This document shows positions 24,326 through 32,000 of a stretch of DNA of 32,000 bases, piece after piece. The stretch comes from Acaryochloris thomasi RCC1774. GTDB lineage: Bacteria > Cyanobacteriota > Cyanobacteriia > Thermosynechococcales > Thermosynechococcaceae. The notes beneath the pieces were generated by a model. The model saw only the letters and a program-made list of their open reading frames with translations. It did not search any database and had not been told where the DNA came from. Positions within the stretch are counted from its first letter, which is position 1. Each line of letters opens with the position of its first letter. A program made the position numbers and the translations under genes. The stretch is taken from positions 1 through 32,000 of the forward strand of contig NZ_PQWO01000008.1 in the NCBI RefSeq assembly GCF_003231495.1. The letters run 5' to 3'.

Positions 24326-25786
24326 ATGATTCGAAGCGACGCGATCGCAAACCCAGCCAATGATCGGCAAATACATCAACAGTATGATGTCGTCGTAATC
24401 GGTGGCGGTCCTGCTGGATCGACACTGGCAATGCTGCTGGTACGGCAAGGGTATCAGGTCTTACTGCTGGAGCGAGCACAGTTCCCACGATTTCACGTAG
24501 GGGAGTCACTGCTGCCCGCCAGCCAACTGATCTGGGAAAAGTTAGGGATTACGGACCAGCTCCAGGATCTGAATTTTACCTACAAAGATTCAGCAGAGTT
24601 CCGCTTGGGCCTAGACCCGCGCAGTTCTGATTATGAATCAGCCTATGTCGACTTTACGGCTCCACAAAACTGGCCGCAGAAAGATTTCCCTGAGCATCCC
24701 GATGCCTATCAGGTAAAGCGCAGTGAGTTTGATTGGTTTTTACTGCAACAGGCGCGTTCCCAGGGAGTGACGGTGTGTGAGCAAGCCACCGTGAAAGAGG
24801 TTCTTTGGGAAGGTGACCGAGCAACGGGGATTTGTTGGCGATCAAAAACCGGCCAAAACTATACAACGATGGCCAACTGCGTCGCGGATTGTTCGGGGCG
24901 GCAGGCGCTGATTGGCCGCAGCCGCAAGCTAATCAAGACCGATCCGTTCCTGCAAACCTCAGCGGTCTTTGGTCACTTCCGCAACGTGACTCCGAATCCA
25001 GGGCGAGAGGGGGGTGCGATCGCAATGTACTTCATTGAAAGGGGCTGGCTGTGGTTTATCCCTGTTGGCCCAAACGAAATGAGCGTGGGCGTTGTCGTCA
25101 ATCGGCCTGACGATTGGCAAGGCCGATCACCCGAAGAAATTTTAATGACGTATATAAATCGCCATCAGTATTTGCGCGATCGCTTCATCAACGCTGAACA
25201 AATCTCTAAGGTTCGTATCCTGCAAAAGCTAGCCTACAGTGCCAAACGCAAAGCCGGGGACGGCTGGATATTAGTGGGAGACGCCAGTTTCTTTGTTGAC
25301 CCATTTCTCTCTTCTGGCGTCCAAGTTGCCTTCAAAACAGCAGACAAAGCCGCAGACGCCATTCACACATTCCTGCAGAGTCAAAGGAATCAACGGTCCT
25401 TTCACCAGTATCAGCACTGGTGCCGACAGTATGAATTCCATGTTTTTGTTACCATGCGTCTTCTCTACTGGATCATGGAGAGCCAGTCCGCCATGCAGAC
25501 CTTCATACAGGCGATAGGCTATAGACTGCAAAACAGACCCGACCCGATTGTTCGTCGGTTTGTAGCTTGGTCCCTCGGCTACTTTGATCGCTTTCACGGG
25601 GCGCTTTACTGTCTATGGCTTGGCTTTAGCCTGATGGCAGGAGTGGGCTGGCTAAGGCGGCATTTATTTCGCCGACCAGACTGGAGCCACCCCTCCGAGT
25701 TTTGCGACCAACCCAGCATCGATATTCCTAAATCAATCGCGCCTCAGAATCAAGCACAAAATTCCTTTGCCAAGCCTTTGGGTTGA
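24326..25786 (+). CDS. FAD-dependent oxidoreductase, flavin-dependent-halogenase-like
   Basis: YDVVVIGGGPAGS dinucleotide fold, FPRFHVGESLLP, GWLWFIP (WxWxIP, 25046..25063), FFVDPFLSSGV and a Lys (K87) about 27 residues after the GES motif. The C-terminal ~60 aa contain a hydrophobic stretch (LYCLWLGFSLMAGVGWL). It starts 12 nt after the dehydratase stop. Confidence 0.65.
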   Translation: MIRSDAIANPANDRQIHQQYDVVVIGGGPAGSTLAMLLVRQGYQVLLLERAQFPRFHVGESLLPASQLIWEKLGITDQLQDLNFTYKDSAEFRLGLDPRSSDYESAYVDFTAPQNWPQKDFPEHPDAYQVKRSEFDWFLLQQARSQGVTVCEQATVKEVLWEGDRATGICWRSKTGQNYTTMANCVADCSGRQALIGRSRKLIKTDPFLQTSAVFGHFRNVTPNPGREGGAIAMYFIERGWLWFIPVGPNEMSVGVVVNRPDDWQGRSPEEILMTYINRHQYLRDRFINAEQISKVRILQKLAYSAKRKAGDGWILVGDASFFVDPFLSSGVQVAFKTADKAADAIHTFLQSQRNQRSFHQYQHWCRQYEFHVFVTMRLLYWIMESQSAMQTFIQAIGYRLQNRPDPIVRRFVAWSLGYFDRFHGALYCLWLGFSLMAGVGWLRRHLFRRPDWSHPSEFCDQPSIDIPKSIAPQNQAQNSFAKPLG

Positions 25787-25867
25787 ATCCTAACTGGAGG
25801 CGCTTTTATTGAGCCTTCGGTCTGGGAGGGTCAGCCCTAGCTCGTCGCAAAACTAACCGGAGAAACA

Positions 25868-26371
25868 ATGCATCGCTTAATTTCTATTGCCTTAGGTTCT
25901 ACCTTGCTGCTGATCTCACCCTCAATAGCAAAAGCACAGACGCCTCCGAACCGTCCATCAATCTCGGATCTCGAGGCAACAGGTCTAGTGATCAAACCCA
26001 GCCCCTATAGCGTTCAAGAAACAGCAGAGCGCCTGACGAAAGTTCTGGAAGCCAAAGGTCTAAGAATCTTTACGACCATCGACCACAGCGAGAATGCAGC
26101 TCAGGCGGGACTAACACTTGCGGCAACCCAGGTCATCTTGTTTGGAAACCCCAAACTCGGCACACCCTTGATGCAGTGCAGCCCCAGCGTTGCCATTGAT
26201 TTACCCCAGAAAGTACTGATCTGGGAAACGGCAGAGGGCGTACAGCTCGCCTACAACAATCCCGCTTATCTGTCTGGACGCCACCGACTGCGGGGGTGTG
26301 GTCAAGAAGTAGTCGCTCAAATCTCTAAAGCCCTCAATGGACTAACCGATGCCGCCCTCAAAGCTGATTAA
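25868..26371 (+). CDS. Secreted DUF302-domain protein
   Basis: Signal peptide (…SPSIAKA/QT). The pattern IFTTIDHSENA…G-…T-VILFGNPK-GTPLM…IDLP-KVLIWE is typical of DUF302. Confidence 0.8.
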   Translation: MHRLISIALGSTLLLISPSIAKAQTPPNRPSISDLEATGLVIKPSPYSVQETAERLTKVLEAKGLRIFTTIDHSENAAQAGLTLAATQVILFGNPKLGTPLMQCSPSVAIDLPQKVLIWETAEGVQLAYNNPAYLSGRHRLRGCGQEVVAQISKALNGLTDAALKAD

Positions 26372-26436
26372 CGGGATTGAGCCTCCCTCGTCGTCCGCAG
26401 CAGCACAATCGTTCTCGGGCCTAGCTTAGACTGTCG

Positions 26437-27666
26437 CTAGTCAATATTCGTTCTCTTACCGCTCATGCTTTTATAGCCAGTGTTGTAGTAGAAAAAGCCA
26501 GATCTCTTCAGCGATCCATCGCGGGCGAACAGGCTGTAATTGACAACAGAACCGCCCGAGAAACTGATGCGTTTGCCCGAAAACATTGTGGTAAAGAGGG
26601 ACTGCCGCGTTCGATGGCTACCCCCTGCAACGTCAATATCTAAGTGCAAAACATGCGCCCCTTGATCGTCAAGGATTTTTTCTAGCTTATTAGCCTGAAT
26701 AATCGCCAGCAACGGTGGGTTCCCAAACGGATCTTCTTGACCAAGCGGCACAAGGAGAGCGTCTAGAAAAGCATCAACCTCATCATTGAGATCTAGCAGC
26801 GTGGAGTCCGCATATTCTGAAGCGGCTTTAGATCTCAAGCGCATCAGATCCGCAAGCTCAGATCCCACAAGGCCCTCTAAACTAGATTCGTCAAGGCTAT
26901 CTAGGCTGGTCAAATAGAAGCTAGGGTTATAGACCTTGACGGGAATATCTTTTTTTTGAATATGCGACGCCACCGCAGAGATAAAGGCGTTCGGATTGAG
27001 TTCAAAGTCAGGCTCAAAGGTAATTTGATCTTTGCTGCGGAAGAGAGCCACAAACTCTAGGACAGAGCGGGTAAAGGTTGTCGGTAGCGCTAAAGACGAT
27101 AGATCTGTAATCCCTCTCGAGCCCCTTGTTCCTGGACGAGAAGAACGGAAAATAATTCCAAGGTCAGCATACCTTTGCTTGAATTCTCTGAGTTTGACCT
27201 TCAAGAGACGGTAGGCGGTCAGATCGGAGAAGATTTCTTGATCGTAGATAATTAAAGAATTGATCCCTTCAATGTCGCTAATGTCTTTCGAGATTGATCC
27301 AGCTACCTTGTTCATCGCCTCATAGGCCAGAATTCTAGACTCTACCGTCTGAAAGCTACCCTGCTGAACACTGGTATCGCTGGAGTCGAGTGGCTCAGTG
27401 GCACTCGTTGTCGGTGCAATAACGGTTCCCTTAAGCCTTGTAAGCTCAATCTGTTGCTGAAGCAAATTATATTCAGCCTCAAGCTGTCGCTGCTTTTCGA
27501 GGATCTTATTTAAGCGCTGTTCTGCAGGTGACTCAACCTCTTCTTCCTGTGGTGGGAAATCAAAAAAGTCCTGGGATACAGCTGTCTTAGTAGTGCACAA
27601 ACCATCAAATAAGCCCAGTAGAATCAGACTTGTTGCGAAGAAAAAAGAGGCTTTATATTTGTACAT
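26437..27666 (-). CDS. Secreted or membrane-anchored hypothetical protein with an N-terminal coiled-coil (orphan)
   Basis: I prefer the ATG at 27666 (MYKYKASFFFATSLILLGLF…) to the TTG at 27681. A hydrophobic N-terminus is followed by a heptad-like region (AEQRLNKILEKQRQLEAEYNLLQQQIELTRLK). I recognise no family. The gene is AT-richer than its neighbours. Confidence 0.6.
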   Translation of the reverse strand: MYKYKASFFFATSLILLGLFDGLCTTKTAVSQDFFDFPPQEEEVESPAEQRLNKILEKQRQLEAEYNLLQQQIELTRLKGTVIAPTTSATEPLDSSDTSVQQGSFQTVESRILAYEAMNKVAGSISKDISDIEGINSLIIYDQEIFSDLTAYRLLKVKLREFKQRYADLGIIFRSSRPGTRGSRGITDLSSLALPTTFTRSVLEFVALFRSKDQITFEPDFELNPNAFISAVASHIQKKDIPVKVYNPSFYLTSLDSLDESSLEGLVGSELADLMRLRSKAASEYADSTLLDLNDEVDAFLDALLVPLGQEDPFGNPPLLAIIQANKLEKILDDQGAHVLHLDIDVAGGSHRTRQSLFTTMFSGKRISFSGGSVVNYSLFARDGSLKRSGFFYYNTGYKSMSGKRTNID

Positions 27667-28091
27667 TTGTAAGTTTTTCAATTATTCATCACTATTTCTA
27701 GATCCTGATTCGAGTCAGACATCCTGTCGCTAACGTCTATATTGAGGATGCCCCTGCTGCTAGCTTGCTTTTACCTCTACCACAGCTTTTTCTGCTGACT
27801 AGACACAGATTTTGACAGGCTGGATTCTTGAATCCCGTTGAGGAGAAAATTATCCTTTGCATCCTACAGCAGCGTTTGTCTACAGATAAAACGGTTAGCT
27901 GCAGCCAGCAAGTTAAAGGAGCATCACCATCGGTTTTACTCGCTCTATTTACCAGTCTTCGGATAGAGCGAACGATTTGCCGTTTCAGAGAGAAAATATG
28001 GTCTCTTGTAGGTGACAATTAGATTTCTTGCTAGGTAAGATGCTTATGACTCAAAGCCCCCTATCGCTGTTCTCCACTGGACGCCGCACTC

Positions 28092-29924
28092 ATGCAGATG
28101 ACCCAACCGTCGAACTTTGTTGAGCTACTGCGTGATCAAGCACAGCGACAACCGGCTCAGGTTGCCTATATTGCCCTCAAGAACGGAGAGAAAGAAGATC
28201 GTCGCATTACCTACGGCGAGCTTGACCAGCAGGCACGTGCGATCGCAACTCATCTAACCACCCAGATTTCCCTTGGTGAGCGGGCGCTATTAGTCTATCC
28301 CTACGAATCGGGCATCGAATTTATCACCGCTTTTCTCGGGTGCCTCTATGCAGGCATCGTAGCTGTCCCCAGTCATCCCCCACGCAGCCGCTATACCCTC
28401 AACGACCTCAGTGCGCGTCTAGAGACAGCAAAGGCAAAAGCAGTTCTCAGCACCCAGTCTCTAGGCAATAAGCTCAAGCGTCAGCTCTCAGACCCTGAGA
28501 TACCCGCCTCTCAGATGCAGCTTCAGTGGATCACCCCCAGCGCCCTACCGATCGCAGAGGCTACAGACTGGAAAACCCCAGATATTAACGGTGACACCCT
28601 GGCGTTCTTGCAGTACACCTCCGGCTCCACCGGCACACCTAAAGGGGTGATGATTGACCATCGCTGCCTGCTCTACAATCAGCAGGTTTTACAGCAGGCA
28701 TTCGGCCATTCAGACCAGTCCATCGGCGTCGGTTGGCTGCCGCTGTTTCACGACATGGGGCTGATCGGTAACGCGCTGCAGGCGCTGTACCTGGGCACCT
28801 CCTGCATTCTGATGTCGCCCATTGATTTCATTCAAAAGCCAATTCGCTGGCTGCGGGCCATTTCTCACTACGGAGCCACCACCAGCGGTGGACCTAATTT
28901 TGCCTACGATCTGCTGTGCAAGCAGGTCAAGGATGAGCAGCTTGATGATTTAGACCTCAGCCGTTGGCAAGTCGCATTCTCTGGCGCTGAAGCAGTCAAG
29001 GTGGAGACGATGGATCGCTTTGCCGCTAAGTTTGAGCGCTGCGGCTTTCAGCGACGGGCATTCTACTCCTGTTACGGAATGGCGGAGGCGACGCTGTTCA
29101 TTACCGGAGGCGAAAAGGCGGAACTGCCTCAGGTGCAATATGTTCAGGCAGAGGCGTTAGAAAAGAATCAGGTAGCGGTGGCGAGTCCGCAGCAGAAGCG
29201 GGCGCGGGCACTCGTGAGCTGTGGGCGACCTTGGTTAGACGGAAAGGTTGCGATCGCAAATCCCAACACACTTACCCGCTGTCCCCCCGATCAGGTTGGC
29301 GAAATCTGGTTCTCTAGCGCCGGTCTCGGTCAAGGCTACTGGCAACAGCCGGATCTAACCGAGCGGACCTTTCAGGCACGCCTAGAAACCGGCGAAGGCC
29401 CCTTCCTCAGGACCGGCGATTTAGGCTTTATGCTAGACGGTCATCTGTTCATCACCGGACGCCTACACGATGTTTTAGTCTTCTGGGGACTCAACCACTA
29501 CCCACACCACATCGAACACACCGTCAGCACTTGTCATCCCGGCTTTAGCCCCGACTGCGCCGCCTTTTCCATTCCCGTAGAAGGCCAAGAGCGCCTAGTG
29601 ATTGCCCAAGAAGTCCAGCGGTCCCAGCGTCGATCTCTCAAAGCCAAAGACATCGCCCATAAGATTCACTGGGTCGCCTTTGAAGAGCACTTCGTAGATG
29701 TTCACGCCCTCGCCCTGATCAACCCCGGTGGCCTGCCTAAAACCCCCAGCGGCAAAATTCAGCGAAGCGCATGCCGTCAGCAGTTTCTCGACGGCACTCT
29801 CAAAGTCATCGACGAATGGCGCTCGCCGCCCCAAATGCCCACAGATATTCCAGGTCTGATGCGCTACTATTTCAATCCCCTCAACCACCTCAAACGCTAC
29901 ATCGCTCAGGCGCAGTGGCCGTAG
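28092..29924 (+). CDS. Fatty acyl-AMP ligase (FAAL); copy 2
   Basis: 610 aa, collinear with copy 1 (same LQYTSGSTGTPKGVM, WLPLFHDMGLIGN, TSGGPNFAY and GEGPFLRTGD motifs). It has an extra ~30-aa C-terminal tail (…PPQMPTDIPGLMRYYFNPLNHLKRYIAQAQWP). Confidence 0.85.
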   Translation: MQMTQPSNFVELLRDQAQRQPAQVAYIALKNGEKEDRRITYGELDQQARAIATHLTTQISLGERALLVYPYESGIEFITAFLGCLYAGIVAVPSHPPRSRYTLNDLSARLETAKAKAVLSTQSLGNKLKRQLSDPEIPASQMQLQWITPSALPIAEATDWKTPDINGDTLAFLQYTSGSTGTPKGVMIDHRCLLYNQQVLQQAFGHSDQSIGVGWLPLFHDMGLIGNALQALYLGTSCILMSPIDFIQKPIRWLRAISHYGATTSGGPNFAYDLLCKQVKDEQLDDLDLSRWQVAFSGAEAVKVETMDRFAAKFERCGFQRRAFYSCYGMAEATLFITGGEKAELPQVQYVQAEALEKNQVAVASPQQKRARALVSCGRPWLDGKVAIANPNTLTRCPPDQVGEIWFSSAGLGQGYWQQPDLTERTFQARLETGEGPFLRTGDLGFMLDGHLFITGRLHDVLVFWGLNHYPHHIEHTVSTCHPGFSPDCAAFSIPVEGQERLVIAQEVQRSQRRSLKAKDIAHKIHWVAFEEHFVDVHALALINPGGLPKTPSGKIQRSACRQQFLDGTLKVIDEWRSPPQMPTDIPGLMRYYFNPLNHLKRYIAQAQWP

Positions 29925-29931
29925 CTTGAGC

Positions 29932-31554
29932 TTATTCAAAGAGTTTTTCGCTAGCCTCAGCATCTAGAAAATGGAGCGAATAGGGCGCTTCGCTAATCGA
30001 CTGCGCATAGGACGACTGCAAATAGGGCCGGAACGCCTCGTCTTCAGCAACGTGGGTTTTGAAAAACGCCACCGTCAGCGCCTTTTGATAGGTCATTGAC
30101 AGCTCTTCTAAACGTTCCACCTCATCCTCTTTTACCAGTCCGCTGATCACTTCAAAGGTAATGTGGGCATGGGGCAATCCCTCAGACACGGCCAAGTAGC
30201 GATCCGGGGTCGTGAGGCCCTTAAACGTCGGCATCTGCTCCAGCAGCAGCGGGGCCGGTAGGTCAATATCCGTGGCCTCCCACAGAATCGGCAAATCGAG
30301 TTTGCTCATTTCCTCAGGACCAAACAAAGAGCTGCTGAAGGGGCCGAGCAGGAATAGCGCTTTGACCCTGCGATCGCGGAGCTGAGTCGATTGCGGTGGC
30401 AATTCAAGGGCATAGCACTGGTAGTAGAGCGAGATATTGAGCAAATCCATCTGCTCACAGGTCTGCTGAAGCTGCTCAAAATTGAGTTCCGCTCCCCCCA
30501 GCGAAAGTGCCGTCGGTCCACCAAAGGAGTGGCCAAATACGCCCACATCTTCAAGGTTGAGCTGATTTTGAAACTGCCCCGCGTTGCGCCGTTCTAGATC
30601 GTCTAGTACCGCCGTCACTTCTTGAGGGCGCTTAATATACTCCGTCACTGGGAACAGTTCCTGATGCTGACCGGCAAAGAAAGCCTGACGCCTTGGCTTG
30701 TTACTGCCCGCATGTACAGGCACCACCACAGCAAAGCCATAGGAAGCTAAATGGTGCGCCAGATCTTCAAAGAAATCTTGCTCAGCCCCAAACCCAGCCG
30801 TAATAACAACGACGGGCATTGATCTCGAGAGCTGCTGCGGATGGTACAGATCAAACTTAAGATCACTTCCCTGAACCTGCAGCGGTTGTAGAACCGTCTT
30901 CAAAGAACCCTTTTGGCGCAAATCAGGCTGCTGAGCAGATGCCGTCAAGGATTGGCCCGCCTGCAGTTGAGCCTTTTGCCCGTCTAGAGACTGCTCTTGG
31001 GCGGCGGCGGTGGCAACCTCAGCCAGTTTAGCCATGAACGCATCCGTTTCTGAAACTAAGCCTTTAGCGCGTTGAGCTAGACCTAGAATTTGGGCCACAT
31101 CAATCTCGATATCTTCGGGATATTGCTGCAGCATGCTGATGAAAGAGATGCCCTCGTCCGCCTTTGACGCATTGACGAAGGCCGTCTGCAGCTCCTCGAA
31201 CCCATTCCCTTTATCACGGGTCCGCACAAGCTGCCCCACATTCTTCAAGAAGCGCTCACCAATGGAGGTGTAAGCCATATAGGAAAGGTTGAAATAGTTT
31301 TCGTCGTAGCGGGTTTGCAGCAGTTCTCGTAGCTGCGCTCTCTGTTGAGAGGTGAGCAAACTAAGGTAGGTGTCCAGATCAGGCTCCGCTGCTCCCGTTT
31401 CGGCCCACATTGCCAATGCCGGAACCGATAGCGGCAGTTCCAGAGAGCCGAACTTAAAATAGACCTGTTCTGCAGACCAAGCGGGTAGGGCTGTCGCTAG
31501 GGCAGCCAGACTGCCAAACAAAAGACTGAATAACCAGCTTTTTCGATGACTCAT
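29932..31554 (-). CDS. Secreted DUF1400-domain / alpha-beta hydrolase (dienelactone-hydrolase or PAF-acetylhydrolase-like)
   Basis: Signal peptide (…LPAWSA/EQ). The N-terminal part is DUF1400-like (…FGSLELPLSV-AL…TY-SLL…QR-QLRELL…). The C-terminal alpha/beta fold carries the nucleophile elbow GHSFGG. Confidence 0.8.
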   Translation of the reverse strand: MSHRKSWLFSLLFGSLAALATALPAWSAEQVYFKFGSLELPLSVPALAMWAETGAAEPDLDTYLSLLTSQQRAQLRELLQTRYDENYFNLSYMAYTSIGERFLKNVGQLVRTRDKGNGFEELQTAFVNASKADEGISFISMLQQYPEDIEIDVAQILGLAQRAKGLVSETDAFMAKLAEVATAAAQEQSLDGQKAQLQAGQSLTASAQQPDLRQKGSLKTVLQPLQVQGSDLKFDLYHPQQLSRSMPVVVITAGFGAEQDFFEDLAHHLASYGFAVVVPVHAGSNKPRRQAFFAGQHQELFPVTEYIKRPQEVTAVLDDLERRNAGQFQNQLNLEDVGVFGHSFGGPTALSLGGAELNFEQLQQTCEQMDLLNISLYYQCYALELPPQSTQLRDRRVKALFLLGPFSSSLFGPEEMSKLDLPILWEATDIDLPAPLLLEQMPTFKGLTTPDRYLAVSEGLPHAHITFEVISGLVKEDEVERLEELSMTYQKALTVAFFKTHVAEDEAFRPYLQSSYAQSISEAPYSLHFLDAEASEKLFE

Positions 31555-31795
31555 AGATCGGAATCGAGCAAATGCAGCAGAGATCGGTTTAGAAGAAAGG
31601 CTAGGACAACCAGAGTTGAGGCTTTTGATCCCAAACCATGACGGGTCTATCTTAATAAATGTGCCCTGAAGAAGAAAGATATTTCAAGAGACAGGCACCC
31701 CAGTAATACAGAGACGAAATTGCATAAGATAGAGCGAGCGCATCCAGTATCAGGAAGGGGCCGTTTGAGTTCTTCTACTTCTCGCAGTACGCAGC

Positions 31796-32000
31796 ATGGC
31801 CTCTAACTTAAGCGGCGATCGCAACCATTCCACCGAAGACGATCGCAACTTTTATACATCGATGAGCCGTGCTTGGCGATTCGCCGTGATTGCCTTATTA
31901 GCAATCGGTATCTGCTTTCGGTTCGCCAACCTTGATCACAAAGTGTACTGGTTTGATGAGGTCTCTACTTCAATTCGGGTAGCAGGACACACGAAAAGCG
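31796..32000 (+). CDS. 5' part of a probable GT39/ArnT-like membrane glycosyltransferase gene; it runs off the right edge
   Basis: My own translation: MASNLSGDRNHSTEDDRNFYTSMSRAWRFAVIALLAIGICFRFANLDHKVYWFDEVSTSIRVAGHTKS. A TM helix followed by …L-…-YWFDE… resembles the first loop (DE motif) of GT-C family 39 enzymes. Only 68 codons are visible, and M23 is an alternative start. Confidence 0.45.
   Translation, partial: MASNLSGDRNHSTEDDRNFYTSMSRAWRFAVIALLAIGICFRFANLDHKVYWFDEVSTSIRVAGHTKS

Larger units (their letters stand above)
1161..31822. repeat. Dispersed HIP1 octamers (GCGATCGC)
   Basis: Copies located by eye start at 1161, 1268, 3089, 4563, 6421, 7933, 10623, 13205, 14073, 14218, 14387, 16327, 19661, 19769, 21136, 21563, 23117, 24341, 25016, 25176, 28239, 29250, 30370 and 31815. 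A given 8-mer is expected less than once in 32 kb. Confidence 0.9.

Noticed and set aside
27737-28022. Overlapping ORFs on both strands (93 aa minus, 64 aa plus) and a 27-codon uORF (28039..28122) in the spacer upstream of FAAL copy 2.
   Set aside because: The two longer ORFs are mutually exclusive. None of the three has a visible RBS or recognisable motifs, and their composition looks non-coding. I kept the region only as an unexplained long spacer.
1-32000. A search for tRNA, rRNA, tmRNA, CRISPR repeats and long tandem or inverted repeats.
   Set aside because: I saw no T-loop-like GGTTCGAATCC-type motifs in a cloverleaf context, no rRNA-like conserved blocks and no regularly spaced direct repeats. 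The only repeats found are HIP1 octamers, the 14-mer pair at 6563/6633 and the gene-level paralogies (the FAAL pair and the CBS-CP12 pair).

Overview
This is a cyanobacterial chromosomal segment. The octamer GCGATCGC (HIP1) occurs at least 24 times in 32 kb, and the window carries petF-like, ftrV, CP12 and Uma2/DUF820 genes. I found no rRNA, tRNA or CRISPR array. I call about 33 protein-coding genes. Housekeeping genes are purB, adk, a plant-type ferredoxin, a thioredoxin, a YqeY-like protein and a saccharopine-dehydrogenase-family reductase. These are interleaved with accessory or poorly characterised blocks: (a) an IS5-like transposase fragment and a DUF4926-like gene at the left edge. (b) Two paralogous stand-alone fatty acyl-AMP ligases (FAALs), one paired with an AspH/LpxO-family dioxygenase and the other convergent with a DUF1400 alpha/beta hydrolase. 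(c) A redox-signalling neighbourhood of ferredoxin, thioredoxin, a Zn-ribbon protein, a short CBS-CP12, FtrV and a full CBS-CP12. (d) A translationally coupled DUF5682-VWA pair with no adjacent AAA+ partner. (e) A lower-GC gene for an M50/site-2-protease-like membrane protein with extra N- and C-terminal modules. (f) A same-strand run of Uma2, an IPMDH-like gene, Uma2, a permuted LeuD-LeuC fusion, a halogenase-like flavoprotein and DUF302. The candidates I consider most worth follow-up are (f), (d) and the CBS-CP12 paralogue pair in (c). All functional calls rest on motif and family recognition by eye. No database search was possible.
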